Below, piece after piece: positions 15,001 through 28,713 of a stretch of 64,000 bases of DNA. The notes under the pieces are model-generated. The model saw only the letters and a list, made by a program, of their open reading frames with translations. It was not told the DNA's origin and made no database searches. The stretch comes from Eledone cirrhosa (Eukaryota). Both the position numbers and the translations under genes were made by a program. The first letter of the stretch is position 1. The number at the start of each line of letters is the position of its first letter. The DNA lies in the NCBI GenBank assembly GCA_964016885.1, contig OZ024741.1:262632001-262696000 (forward strand). The letters are read 5' to 3'.

Positions 15001-15589
15001 GAGTGTTTCGACTTACGAGTGTTCCGACTTACGAGTGTTTTGACTTACGATTGTTCCGACTTACGAGTGTTTCGGCTTACGAGTGTTTCGGCTCACGAGT
15101 GTTTCGACTTACGAGTGTTCCGACTTACGAGTGTTTCGGCTACGGATGTTCCGACTTACGAGTATTTTCGGCTGACGAGTGTTTTGACTTACGATTGTTT
15201 TGACTTAGGGGTATTTCGGCTTACGAGTGTTTCGACTTACGGTTGTTCTGACTTACGGGTATTCCGACTTACGAGTGATTTGGCATACGAGTGTTTCGAC
15301 TTACGAGTGTTTTCGGCTTACGAGTGTTTCTACTTACGAGTGTTTTGACTTACGATTGTTTCGGCTTACGAGTGTTTCGACTTACGAGTGTTTCGGCTTA
15401 CGAGTGTTTCGTCTTATGAGTGTTTTGACTTAAGGGTGTTTCGACGAGTGTTTCGATACGAGTGTTTCGACTTACGGGTGTTCTGACTTACGAGTGTTCT
15501 GATTTACGGATGTTTCGAATTATGAGTGTTTCGACTACGAGTGTTTCGACTTACGAGTGTTTCGACTACGAGTGTTTCGACTTACGAGT

Positions 15590-18500
15590 GTTCTGACTTA
15601 CGAGTGTTCTGACTTACGAGTGTTCTGACTTACGAGTGTTCCGACTTACGAGTGTTTCGGCTTATGAGGGTTTCGGCTTACGAGCGTTTCGACTACGAGT
15701 GTTTCGACTTACGAATGTTTTTGCTAACGAGTGTTTCGACTTACGAATGTTTTTGCTTACGAGTGTTTCGGCTTACGAGTGTTTCGACTTACAAGTGTTT
15801 CGAATTACGAGTGTTTTGACTTACGGTGTTTCGGCTTACGAGTGTTTCGACATACGAGTGTTTTGACTTACCGCTGTTTCGACTTACGGGTGTTTCGACT
15901 TACGAGAGTTTCGACTTACGAGTGTTCTGACTTACGAGTGTTCTGACATACGAGTGTTCCGACTTGCGAGTGTTTCGGCTTACGAGTGTTTCGACATGCG
16001 AGTTTTTTTACTTACGAGTGTTTTGATTTACGTGTGTTTCGACTTACGAGTGTTTCGACTTACGAGTGTTTCGACGTACGAGTGTTTTGACTTGCGGGTG
16101 TTTCGACTTACGAGTGTTTTGTTTTACGTGTGTTTCGACTTACGAATGTTTCGGCTTACGAGTGTTTCGACTTACGAGTGTTCCGACCTACGAGTGTTTC
16201 GGCTACGGATGTTCCGACTTACGAGTATTTTCGGCTTACGAGTGTTTTGACTTACGATTGTTTTGACTTACGGGTATTTCGGCTTACGAGTGTTTCGACT
16301 TACGAGTGTTTCGACTTACGAGTGTTTTGACTTACGGGTGTTTCGACTTACGAGTGTTTTGGTTTACGTGTGTTTCGACTTACGAATGTTTCGGCTTACG
16401 AGTGTTTCGACTTACGAGTGTTTTGACTTACGGGTGTTTCGACTTACGAGTGTTTTGGTTTACGTATGTTTCGACTTGCGAATGTTTCGGCTTACGAGTG
16501 TTTCGACTTACGAGTGTTTAAACTTACGAGTGTTTTGACTTACGGGTGTTTCGACTTACGAGTGTTTTGGCGTACGAGTGTTTCGACTTACGAGTGTTTC
16601 GACTTATGGGTGTTTTGACTTACGGGTGTTTCGGCTTACGAGTGTTTCGACTTACGAGTGTTTTGACTTAAGGGTGTTTCGACTTACGAGTGTTTCGACT
16701 TACGAGTGTTCCGACTTACGGGTGTTTTGACTTACGTGTGTTTTGACATACGAGTGTTTCGACTTACGAGTGTTTTGACTTACGTGTGTTTTGACATACG
16801 AGTGTTTCGATACGAGTGTTTCGACTTACGAGTGTTCTGACTTACGATTGTTCTGACTTACGAGCGTTCTGACTTACGAGTGTTTCGGCTTACGAGTGTT
16901 TCGGCTTACGAGTGGTTCGACTTACGAGTGTTTCGACTTACGAGTGTTCCGACTTACGGGTGTTTCGACTTACGAGTGTTTTGGCTTACGGTGTTTCGAC
17001 TTACGAGTGTTTCGATTTAAGAGTGTTTTGACTTACGCGTGTTTTGACATACGAGTGTTCTGACTTACGAGTGTTCTGACTTACGAGTGTTCTGACTTAG
17101 GAGTGTTCTGATTTACGGATGTTTCGAATTATGAGTGTTTCGACTACGAGTGTTTCGACTTACGAGTGTTTCGACTACGAGTGTTTCGACTTCCGAGTGT
17201 TCTGACTTACGAGTGTTCTGACTTACGAGTGTTCCGACTTACGAGTGTTTCGGCTTATGAGTGTTTCGGCTTACGAGCGTTTCGACTACGAGTGTTTCGA
17301 CTTACGAATGTTTTTGCTTACGAGTGTTTCGACTTACGAATGTTTTTGCTTACGAATGTTTTTGCTTACGAGTGTTCTGACTTGCGAGTGTTTTGACTTA
17401 CGAGTGTTCCGACTTACGAGTGTTTTGGTTTACGTGTGTTTCGACTTACGAATGTTTCGGCTTACGAGTGTTTCGACTTACGAGTGTTCCGACCTACGAG
17501 TGTTTCGGATACGGATGTTCCGACTTACGAGTATTTTCGGCTTACGAGTGTTTTGACTTACGATTGTTTTGACTTACGATTGTTTCGGCTTACGAGTGTT
17601 TCGACTTACGAGTGTTTCGATTTACGAGTGTTTTGACTTACGGGTGTTTCGACTTACGAGTGTTTCGACTTACGAGTGTTTCGACTTACGGTTGTTCTGA
17701 CTTACGGGTATTCCGACTTACTAGTGATTTGGCATACGAGTGTTTCGACTTACGAGTGTTTTCGGCTTACGAGTGTTTCGACTTACGAGTGTTTTGACTT
17801 ACGATTGTTTCGGATTACGAGTGTTTCGACTTTCGAGTGTTTTGACTTAAGGGTGTTTCGACGAGTGTTTCGATACGAGTGTTTCGACTTACGGGTGTTC
17901 TGACTTACGAGTGTTCTGATTTACGGATGTTTCGAATTATGAGTGTTTCGACTACGAGTGTTTCGACTTACGAGTGTTTCGACTACGAGTGTTTCGACTT
18001 ACGAGTGTTCTGACTTACGAGTGTTCTGACTTACGAGTGTTCTGACTTACGAGTGTTCCGACTTACGAGTGTTTCGGCTTACGAGTGTTTCGGCTTACGA
18101 GTGTTTCGACTTACGAGTGTTTTGACTTACGGTGTTTCGGCTTACGAATGTTTTGACTTACGAGTGTTTTGACTTACGGGTGTTTTGACATACGAGTGTT
18201 TCGATACGAGTGTTTCGACTTACGAGTGTTCTGACTTACGAGTGTTCTGACTTACGAGTGTTCTGACTTACGAGTGTTCTGACTTACGAGTGTTCCGACT
18301 TACGAGTGTTTCGGCTTATGAGGGTTTCGGCTTACGAGCGTTTCGACTACGAGTGTTTCGACTTACGAATGTTTTTGCTAACGAGTGTTTCGACTTACGA
18401 ATGTTTTTGCTTACGAGTGTTTCGGCTTACGAGTGTTTCGACTTACAAGTGTTTCGAATTACGAGTGTTTTGACTTACGGTGTTTCGGCTTACGAGTGTT

Positions 18501-20900
18501 TCGACATACGAGTGTTTTGACTTACCGCTGTTTCGACTTACGGGTGTTTCGACTTACGAGAGTTTCGACTTACGAGTGTTCTGACTTACGAGTGTTCTGA
18601 CATACGAGTGTTCCGACTTGCGAGTGTTTCGGCTTACGAGTGTTTCGACATGCGAGTTTTTTTACTTACGAGTGTTTTGATTTACGTGTGTTTCGACTTA
18701 CGAGTGTTTCGACTTACGAGTGTTTCGACGTACGAGTGTTTTGACTTGCGGGTGTTTCGACTTACGAGTGTTTTGTTTTACGTGTGTTTCGACTTACGAA
18801 TGTTTCGGCTTACGAGTGTTTCGACTTACGAGTGTTCCGACCTACGAGTGTTTCGGCTACGGATGTTCCGACTTACGAGTATTTTCGGCTTACGAGTGTT
18901 TTGACTTACGATTGTTTTGACTTACGGGTATTTCGGCTTACGAGTGTTTCGACTTACGAGTGTTTCGACTTACGAGTGTTTTGACTTACGGGTGTTTCGA
19001 CTTACGAGTGTTTTGGTTTACGTGTGTTTCGACTTACGAATGTTTCGGCTTACGAGTGTTTCGACTTACGAGTGTTTTGACTTACGGGTGTTTCGACTTA
19101 CGAGTGTTTTGGTTTACGTATGTTTCGACTTGCGAATGTTTCGGCTTACGAGTGTTTCGACTTACGAGTGTTTAAACTTACGAGTGTTTTGACTTACGGG
19201 TGTTTCGACTTACGAGTGTTTTGGCGTACGAGTGTTTCGACTTACGAGTGTTTCGACTTATGGGTGTTTTGACTTACGGGTGTTTCGGCTTACGAGTGTT
19301 TCGACTTACGAGTGTTTTGACTTAAGGGTGTTTCGACTTACGAGTGTTTCGACTTACGAGTGTTCCGACTTACGGGTGTTTTGACTTACGTGTGTTTTGA
19401 CATACGAGTGTTTCGACTTACGAGTGTTTTGACTTACGTGTGTTTTGACATACGAGTGTTTCGATACGAGTGTTTCGACTTACGAGTGTTCTGACTTACG
19501 ATTGTTCTGACTTACGAGCGTTCTGACTTACGAGTGTTTCGGCTTACGAGTGTTTCGGCTTACGAGTGGTTCGACTTACGAGTGTTTCGACTTACGAGTG
19601 TTCCGACTTACGGGTGTTTCGACTTACGAGTGTTTTGGCTTACGGTGTTTCGACTTACGAGTGTTTCGAGTTAAGAGTGTTTTGACTTACGCGTGTTTTG
19701 ACATACGAGTGTTCTGACTTACGAGTGTTCTGACTTACGAGTGTTCTGACTTAGGAGTGTTCTGATTTACGGATGTTTCGAATTATGAGTGTTTCGACTA
19801 CGAGTGTTTCGACTTACGAGTGTTTCGACTACGAGTGTTTCGACTTCCGAGTGTTCTGACTTACGAGTGTTCTGACTTACGAGTGTTCCGACTTACGAGT
19901 GTTTCGGCTTATGAGTGTTTCGGCTTACGAGCGTTTCGACTACGAGTGTTTCGACTTACGAATGTTTTTGCTTACGAGTGTTTCGACTTACGAATGTTTT
20001 TGCTTACGAATGTTTTTGCTTACGAGTGTTCTGACTTGCGAGTGTTTTGACTTACGAGTGTTCCGACTTACGAGTGTTTTGGTTTACGTGTGTTTCGACT
20101 TACGAATGTTTCGGCTTACGAGTGTTTCGACTAACGAGTGTTCCGACCTACGAGTGTTTCGGATACGGATGTTCCGACTTACGAGTATTTTCGGCTTACG
20201 AGTGTTTTGACTTACGATTGTTTTGACTTACGATTGTTTCGGCTTACGAGTGTTTCGACTTACGAGTGTTTCGATTTACGAGTGTTTTGACTTACGGGTG
20301 TTTCGACTTACGAGTGTTTCGACTTACGAGTGTTTCGACTTACGGTTGTTCTGACTTACGGGTATTCCGACTTACTAGTGATTTGGCATACGAGTGTTTC
20401 GACTTACGAGTGTTTTCGGCTTACGAGTGTTTCGACTTACGAGTGTTTTGACTTACGATTGTTTCGGATTACGAGTGTTTCGACTTTCGAGTGTTTTGAC
20501 TTAAGGGTGTTTCGACGAGTGTTTCGATACGAGTGTTTCGACTTACGGGTGTTCTGACTTACGAGTGTTCTGATTTACGGATGTTTCGAATTATGAGTGT
20601 TTCGACTACGAGTGTTTCGACTTACGAGTGTTTCGACTACGAGTGTTTCGACTTACGAGTGTTCTGACTTACGAGTGTTCTGACTTACGAGTGTTCTGAC
20701 TTACGAGTGTTCCGACTTACGAGTGTTTCGGCTTACGAGTGTTTCGGCTTACGAGTGTTTCGACTTACGAGTGTTTTGACTTACGGTGTTTCGGCTTACG
20801 AATGTTTTGACTTACGAGTGTTTTGACTTACGGGTGTTTTGACATACGAGTGTTTCGATACGAGTGTTTCGACTTACGAGTGTTCTGACTTACGAGTGTT
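15590..20900 (+). repeat. 2,654-bp tandem duplication
   Basis: Offset +2654 (15636/18290, 16263/18917, 17245/19899, 17676/20330). Confidence 0.88.
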
Positions 20901-20999
20901 CTGACTTACGAGTGTTCTGACTTACGAGTGTTCCGACTTACGAGTGTTTCGGCTCACGAGTGTTTCGGCTTACGAGTGTTTCGACTTACGAGTGTTTTG

Positions 21000-23900
21000 A
21001 CTTACGGGTGTTTCGACTTACGAGTGTTTTGGTTTACGTGTATTTCGACTTACGAATGTTTCAGCTTACGAGTGTTTCGACTTACGAGTGTTTCGACTTA
21101 CGGTTGTTCTGACTTACGGGTATTCCGACTTACGAGTGATTTGGCATACGAGTGTTTCGACTTACGAGTGTTTTCGGCTTACGAGTGTTTCGACTTACGA
21201 GTGTTTTGACTTACGATTGTTTCGGCTTACGAGTGTTTCGACTTACGAGTGTTTCGGCTTATGAGTGTTTTGACTTAAGGGTGTTTCGACGAGTGTTTCG
21301 ATACGAGTGTTTCGACTTACGGGTGTTCTGACTTACGAGTGTTCTGATTTACGGATGTTTCGAATTATGAGTGTTTCGACTACGAGTGTTTCGACTTACG
21401 AGTGTTTCGACTACGAGTTATTCGACTTACGAGTGTTCTGACTTACGAGTGTTCTGACTTACGGGTGTTCTGACTTACGAGTGTTCCGACTTACGAGTGT
21501 TTCGGCTTATGAGTGTTTCGGCTTACGAGCGTTTCGACTACGAGTGTTTCGACTTACGAATGTTTTTGCTAACGAGTGTTTCGACTTAAGAATGTTTTTG
21601 CTTACGAGTGTTTCGGCTTACGAGTGTTTCGACTTACGAGTGTTTTGACTTACCGGTGTTTCGACTTACGGGTGTTTCGACTTACGAGAGTTTCGACTTA
21701 CGAGTGTTCTGACTTACGAGTGTTCTGACTACGAGTGTTCCGACTTGCGAGTGTTTCGGCTTACGAGTGTTTCGACATGCGAGTTTTTTGACTTACGGAT
21801 GTTTCGACTTACGGGTGTTTCGACTCACGAGTGTTTCTACTTACGAGTGTTTCTACTTACGAGTGTTTCGACTTACGAGTGTTCCGACTTACGAGTGTTT
21901 TGACTTACGATTGTTCCGACTTACGAGTGTTTCGGCTTACGAGTGTTTCGGCTCACGAGTGTTTCGACTTACGAGTGTTCCGACTTACGAGTGTTTCGGC
22001 TACGGGTGTTCCGACTTACGAGTATTTTCGGCTGACGAGTGTTTTGACTTACGATTGTTTTGACTTAGGGGTATTTCGGCTTACGAGTGTTTCGACTTAC
22101 GGTTGTTCTGACTTACGGGTATTCCGACTTACGAGTGATTTGGCATACGAGTGTTTCGACTTACGAGTGTTTTCGGCTTACGAGTGTTTCTACTTACGAG
22201 TGTTTTGACTTACGATTGTTTCGGCTTACGAGTGTTTCGACTTACGAGTGTTTCGGCTTACGAGTGTTTCGTCTTATGAGTGTTTTGACTTAAGGGTGTT
22301 TCGACGAGTGTTTCGATACGAGTGTTTCGACTTACGGGTGTTCTGACTTACGAGTGTTCTGATTTACGGATGTTTCGAATTATGAGTGTTTCGACTACGA
22401 GTGTTTCGACTTACGAGTGTTTCGACTACGAGTGTTTCGACTTACGAGTGTTCTGACTTACGAGTGTTCTGACTTACGGGTGTTCTGACTTACGAGTGTT
22501 CCGACTTACGAGTGTTTCGGCTTATGAGTGTTTCGGCTTACGAGCGTTTCGACCACGAGTGTTTCGACTTACGAATGTTTTTGCTAACGAGTGTTTCGAC
22601 TTACGAATGTTTTTGCTTACGAGTGTTTCGGCTTACGAGTCTTTCGACTTACAAGTGTTTCGAATTACGAGTGTTTTGACTTACGGTGTTTCGGCTTACG
22701 AGTCTTTCGACATACGAGTGTTTTGACTTACCGCTGTTTCGACTTACGGGTGTTTCGACTTACGAGAGTTTCGACTTACGAGTGTTCTGACTTACGAGTG
22801 TTCTGACTTACGAGTGTTCCGACTTGCGAGTGTTTCGGCTTACGAGTGTTTCGACATGCGAGTTTTTTTTACTTACGGATGTTTCGACTTGCGGGTGTTT
22901 CGACTCACGAGTGTTTCTACTTACGAGTGTTTCGACTTACGAGTGTTCCGACTTACGAGTGTTTTGACTTACGAGTGTTCCGACTTACGAGTGTTTCGGC
23001 TTACGAGTGTTTCGGCTCACGAGTGTTTCGACTTACGAGTGTTCCGACTTACGAGTGTTTCGGCTACGGATGTTCCGACTTACGAGTATTTTCGGCTTAC
23101 GAGTGTTTTGACTTACGATTGTTTTGACTTACGGGTATTTCGGCTTACGAGTGTTTCGACTTACGAGTGTTTCGACTTACGAGTGTTTTGACTTACGGGT
23201 GTTTCGACTTACGAGTGTTTTGGTTTACGTGTGTTTCGACTTACGAATGTTTCGGCTTACGAGTGTTTTGACTTACGAGTGTTTTGACTTACGGGTGTTT
23301 CGACTTACGAGTGTTTTGGTTTACGTGTGTTTCGACTTACGAATGTTTCGGCTTACGAGTGTTTCGACTTACGAGTGTTTAAACTTACGAGTGTTTTGAC
23401 TTACGGGTGTTTCGACTTACGAGTGTTTTGGCGTACGAGTGTTTCGACTTACGAGTGTTTCGACTTACGGGTGTTTTGACTTACGGGTGTTTCGGCTTAC
23501 GAGTGTTTCTACTTACGAGTGTTTCGACTTACGAGTGTTTCGGATTACGAGTGTTTTGACTTGAGGGTTTTCGACTTACGAGTGTTTCGATACGAGTGTT
23601 TCGACTTACGAGTGTTCTGACTTACGAGTGTTCTGACTTACGAGTGTTCTGACTTACAAGTGTTCTTACTTACGAGTGTTCCGACTTACGAGTGTTCCGA
23701 CTTACGAGTGTTTCGGCTTACGAGTGTTTCGGCTTACGAGTGTTTCGACTTACGAGTGTTTCGACTTACGAGTGTTCCGACTTACGGGTGTTTCGACTTA
23801 CGAGTGTTTTGGTTTACGGTGTTTCGGCTTACGAGTGTTTCGAGTTACGAGTGTTTTGACTTACGGTGTTTCGGTTTACGCGTGTTTCGACTTACGAGTG

Positions 23901-26900
23901 TTTTGACTTACGGGTGTTTTGACATACGAGTGTTTCGATACGAGTGTTCTGACTTACGAGTGTTCTGACTTACGAGTGTTCTAACTTACGGGTGTTCTGA
24001 CTTACGAGTGTTCCGACTTACGAGTGTTTCGACTTATGAGTGTTTCGGCTTACGAGCGTTTCGACTACGAGTGTTTCGACTTACGAATGTTTTTGCTTAC
24101 GAGTGTTTCGACTTACGAATGTTTTTGCTTACGAATGTTTTTGCTTACGAGTGTTCTGACTTACGAGTGTTTTGACTTACGAGTGTTCCGACTTACGAGT
24201 GTTTTGGTTTACGTGTGTTTCGACTTACGAATGTTTCGGCTTACGAGTGTTTCGACTTACGAGTGTTCCGACCTACGAGTGTTTCGGCTACGGATGTTCC
24301 GACTTACGAGTATTTTCGGCTTACGAGTGTTTTGACTTACGATTGTTTTGACTTACGATTGTTTCGGCTTACGAGTGTTTCGACTTACGAGTGTTTCGAT
24401 TTATGAGTGTTTTGACTTAAGAATATTTTGACTTACGGGTGTTTCGGCTTACGAGTGTTTCGACTTACGAGTGTTTTGACTTACGGGTGTTTCGACTTAC
24501 GAGTGTTTTGGTTTACGTGTATTTCGACTTACGAATGTTTCGGCTTACGAGTGTTTCGACTTACGAGTGTTTCGACTTACGGTTGTTCTGACTTACGGGT
24601 ATTCCGACTTACGAGTGATTTGGCATACGAGTGTTTCGACTTACGAGTGTTTTCGGCTTACGAGTGTTTCGACTTACGAGTGTTTTGACTTACGATTGTT
24701 TCGGCTTACGAGTGTTTCGACTTACGAGTGTTTCGGCTTATGAGTGTTTTGACTTAAGGGTGTTTCGACGAGTGTTTCGATACGAGTGTTTCGACTTACG
24801 GGTGTTCTGACTTACGAGTGTTCTGATTTACGGATGTTTCGAATTATGAGTGTTTCGACTACGAGTGTTTCGACTTACGAGTGTTTCGACTACGAGTTAT
24901 TCGACTTACGAGTGTTCTGACTTACGAGTGTTCTGACTTACGGGTGTTCTGACTTACGAGTGTTCCGACTTACGAGTGTTTCGGCTTATGAGTGTTTCGG
25001 CTTACGAGCGTTTCGACTACGAGTGTTTCGACTTACGAATGTTTTTGCTAACGAGTGTTTCGACTTAAGAATGTTTTTGCTTACGAGTGTTTCGGCTTAC
25101 GAGTGTTTCGACTTACGAGTGTTTTGACTTACCGGTGTTTCGACTTACGGGTGTTTCGACTTACGAGAGTTTCGACTTACGAGTGTTCTGACTTACGAGT
25201 GTTCTGACTACGAGTGTTCCGACTTGCGAGTGTTTCGGCTTACGAGTGTTTCGACATGCGAGTTTTTTGACTTACGGATGTTTCGACTTACGGGTGTTTC
25301 GACTCACGAGTGTTTCTACTTACGAGTGTTTCGACTTACGAGTGTTCCGACTTACGAGTGTTTTGACTTACGATTGTTCCGACTTACGAGTGTTTCGGCT
25401 TACGAGTGTTTCGGCTCACGAGTGTTTCGACTTACGAGTGTTCCGACTTACGAGTGTTTCGGCTACGGATGTTCCGACTTACGAGTATTTTCGGCTGACG
25501 AGTGTTTTGACTTACGATTGTTTTGACTTAGGGGTATTTCGGCTTACGAGTGTTTCGACTTACGGTTGTTCTGACTTACGGGTATTCCGACTTACGAGTG
25601 ATTTGGCATACGAGTGTTTCGACTTACGAGTGTTTTCGGCTTACGAGTGTTTCTACTTACGAGTGTTTTGACTTACGATTGTTTCGGCTTACGAGTGTTT
25701 CGACTTACGAGTGTTTCGGCTTACGAGTGTTTCGTCTTATGAGTGTTTTGACTTAAGGGTGTTTCGACGAGTGTTTCGATACGAGTGTTTCGACTTACGG
25801 GTGTTCTGACTTACGAGTGTTCTGATTTACGGATGTTTCGAATTATGAGTGTTTCGACTACGAGTGTTTCGACTTACGAGTGTTTCGACTACGAGTGTTT
25901 CGACTTACGAGTGTTCTGACTTACGAGTGTTCTGACTTACGGGTGTTCTGACTTACGAGTGTTCCGACTTACGAGTGTTTCGGCTTATGAGTGTTTCGGC
26001 TTACGAGCGTTTCGACTACGAGTGTTTCGACTTACGAATGTTTTTGCTAACGAGTGTTTCGACTTACGAATGTTTTTGCTTACGAGTGTTTCGGCTTACG
26101 AGTCTTTCGACTTACAAGTGTTTCGAATTACGAGTGTTTTGACTTACGGTGTTTCGGCTTACGAGTCTTTCGACATACGAGTGTTTTGACTTACCGCTGT
26201 TTCGACTTACGGGTGTTTCGACTTACGAGAGTTTCGACTTACGAGTGTTCTGACTTACGAGTGTTCTGACTTACGAGTGTTCCGACTTGCGAGTGTTTCG
26301 GCTTACGAGTGTTTCGACATGCGAGTTTTTTTTACTTACGGATGTTTCGACTTGCGGGTGTTTCGACTCACGAGTGTTTCTACTTACGAGTGTTTCGACT
26401 TACGAGTGTTCCGACTTACGAGTGTTTTGACTTACGAGTGTTCCGACTTACGAGTGTTTCGGCTTACGAGTGTTTCGGCTCACGAGTGTTTCGACTTACG
26501 AGTGTTCCGACTTACGAGTGTTTCGGCTACGGATGTTCCGACTTACGAGTATTTTCGGCTTACGAGTGTTTTGACTTACGATTGTTTTGACTTACGGGTA
26601 TTTCGGCTTACGAGTGTTTCGACTTACGAGTGTTTCGACTTACGAGTGTTTTGACTTACGGGTGTTTCGACTTACGAGTGTTTTGGTTTACGTGTGTTTC
26701 GACTTACGAATGTTTCGGCTTACGAGTGTTTTGACTTACGAGTGTTTTGACTTACGGGTGTTTCGACTTACGAGTGTTTTGGTTTACGTGTGTTTCGACT
26801 TACGAATGTTTCGGCTTACGAGTGTTTCGACTTACGAGTGTTTAAACTTACGAGTGTTTTGACTTACGGGTGTTTCGACTTACGAGTGTTTTGGCGTACG

Positions 26901-26980
26901 AGTGTTTCGACTTACGAGTGTTTCGACTTACGGGTGTTTTGACTTACGGGTGTTTCGGCTTACGAGTGTTTCTACTTACG
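21000..26980 (+). repeat. About 3.46-kb-offset duplication inside the 10.7-kb unit
   Basis: Offset +3463 (22496/25959, 22814/26277, 23124/26587). Confidence 0.8.
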
Positions 26981-27504
26981 AGTGTTTTGACTTAAGGGTG
27001 TTTCGACTTACGAGTGTTTCGACTTACGAGTGTTTCGGATTACGAGTGTTTTGACTTGAGGGTTTTCGACTTACGAGTGTTTCGATACGAGTGTTTCGAC
27101 TTACGAGTGTTCTGACTTACGAGTGTTCTGACTTACGAGTGTTCTGACTTACAAGTGTTCTTACTTACGAGTGTTCCGACTTACGAGTGTTCCGACTTAC
27201 GAGTGTTTCGGCTTACGAGTGTTTCGACTTACGAGTGTTTCGACTTACGAGTGTTCCGACTTACGGGTGTTTCGACTTACGAGTGTTTTGGTTTACGGTG
27301 TTTCGGCTTACGAGTGTTTCGAGTTACGAGTGTTTTGACTTACGCGTGTTTTGACATACGAGTGTTTCGATACGAGTGTTCTGACTTACGAGTGTTCTGA
27401 CTTACGAGTGTTCTGACTTACGAGTGTTCTGACTTACGAGTGTTCCGACTTTACGAGTGTTTCGGCTCACGAGTGTTTCGGCTTACGAGTGTTTCGACTT
27501 ACGA

Positions 27505-27573
27505 AAATAACAAATAGACGCGGTTTCAAATCTCTATGCTTTTCAAATTAATTACATTAATCTTTATTTATAC
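27505..27573. repeat. 69-bp AT-rich interspersed element, copy 1 (subtype A, CAAATTAATTAC)
   Basis: AAATAACAAATAGACGCGGTTTCAAATCTCTATGCTTTTCAAATTAATTACATTAATCTTTATTTATAC interrupts the monomer after GACTTACGA. Confidence 0.95.
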
Positions 27574-28019
27574 GTTTCGCTTTACGAGTGTTTCGACTTA
27601 CGAGTGTTTCGACATACGAGTGTTAAGGTTTACGAGTGTTTTGATTTACGAGTGTTTTGACTTACGGGTGCTTCGACTTACGCGTGTTTCGACTTACGAG
27701 TTTTTCGACTTACGAGTGTTTCGACTTACGAGTGTTTCGGCTTACGAGTATTTTGACTTACGAGTGTTTCGGCTGGCGAGTGTTTCGACTTACGAGTGTT
27801 TTGGCTTACGATGTTTCGACTTACGAGTGTTTCGAGTTAAGAGTGTTTTGACTTACGCGTGTTTTGACATACGAGTGTTCTGACTTACGAGTGTTCTGAC
27901 TTACGAGTGTTCTGACTTACGAGTGTTCTGACCTACGAGTGTTCTGACTTACGAGTGTTCCGACTTTACGAGTGTTTCGGCTCACGAGTGTTTCGGCTTA
28001 CGAGAGTTTCGACTTACGA

Positions 28020-28088
28020 AAATAACAAATAGACGCGGTTTCAAATCTCTATGCTTTTCAAATTCATTACATTAATCTTTATTTATAC
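28020..28088. repeat. 69-bp AT-rich element, copy 2 (subtype B, CAAATTCATTAC)
   Basis: Same sequence and junctions as copy 1, with one substitution. Confidence 0.95.
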
Positions 28089-28644
28089 GTTTCGCTTTAC
28101 GAGTGTTTCGACTTACGAGTGTTTCGACATACGATTGTTTCGACTTACAAATGTTTTTGCTTACGAGTGTTTCGGTTTACGAGTGTTCCGACTTACGAGT
28201 GTTCCGACTTACGAGTGTTTCGGCTTACGAGTGTTTCCGGCTTACGAGTGTTTCGACTTACGAGTGTTTTGACTTACGGTGTTTCGGCTTACGAGTGATT
28301 AGACTTACGAGTGTTTTGACTTACGGGTGTTTTGACTTACGGGTGTTGTGAATTACGAGTGTTCCGATTTACGAGTGTTTTGAATTACGGTGTTTCGGCT
28401 TACAAGTGATTCGACTTACGAATGTTTTGACTTACGGGTGTTTCGGCTTGCGAGTGTTTCGAGTTACGAGTGTTTTGACTTACGCGTGTTTTGACATACG
28501 AGTGTTTCGATACGAGTGTTCTGACTTACAAGTGTTCTGACTTACGAGTGTTCTGACTTACGAGTGTTCTGACTTACGAGTGTTCCGACTTTACGAGTGT
28601 TTCGGCTCACGAGTGTTTCGGCTTACGAGTGTTTCGACTTACGA

Positions 28645-28713
28645 AAATAACAAATAGACGCGGTTTGAAATCTCTATGCTTTTCATATTCATTACATTAA
28701 TCTTTATTCATAC
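28645..28713. repeat. 69-bp AT-rich element, copy 3 (subtype C: GGTTTGAAAT, CATATTCATTAC, ATTCATAC)
   Basis: Same junctions, with three substitutions relative to subtype B. Confidence 0.95.

Larger units (their letters stand above)
393..16880 (+). repeat. About 7,517-bp higher-order repeat, two full copies plus a partial third
   Basis: Identical variant strings recur at +7517 (602/8119/15636, 6567/14084, 7384/14901). The internal offset is locally 7533, consistent with one monomer gained and one lost. Confidence 0.9.

Noticed and set aside
27505-27573. 69-bp element as an active MITE or site-specific mobile element
   Set aside because: It has no convincing TIR or TSD, and all copies share extended flanking variants, which indicates co-amplification from one origin.
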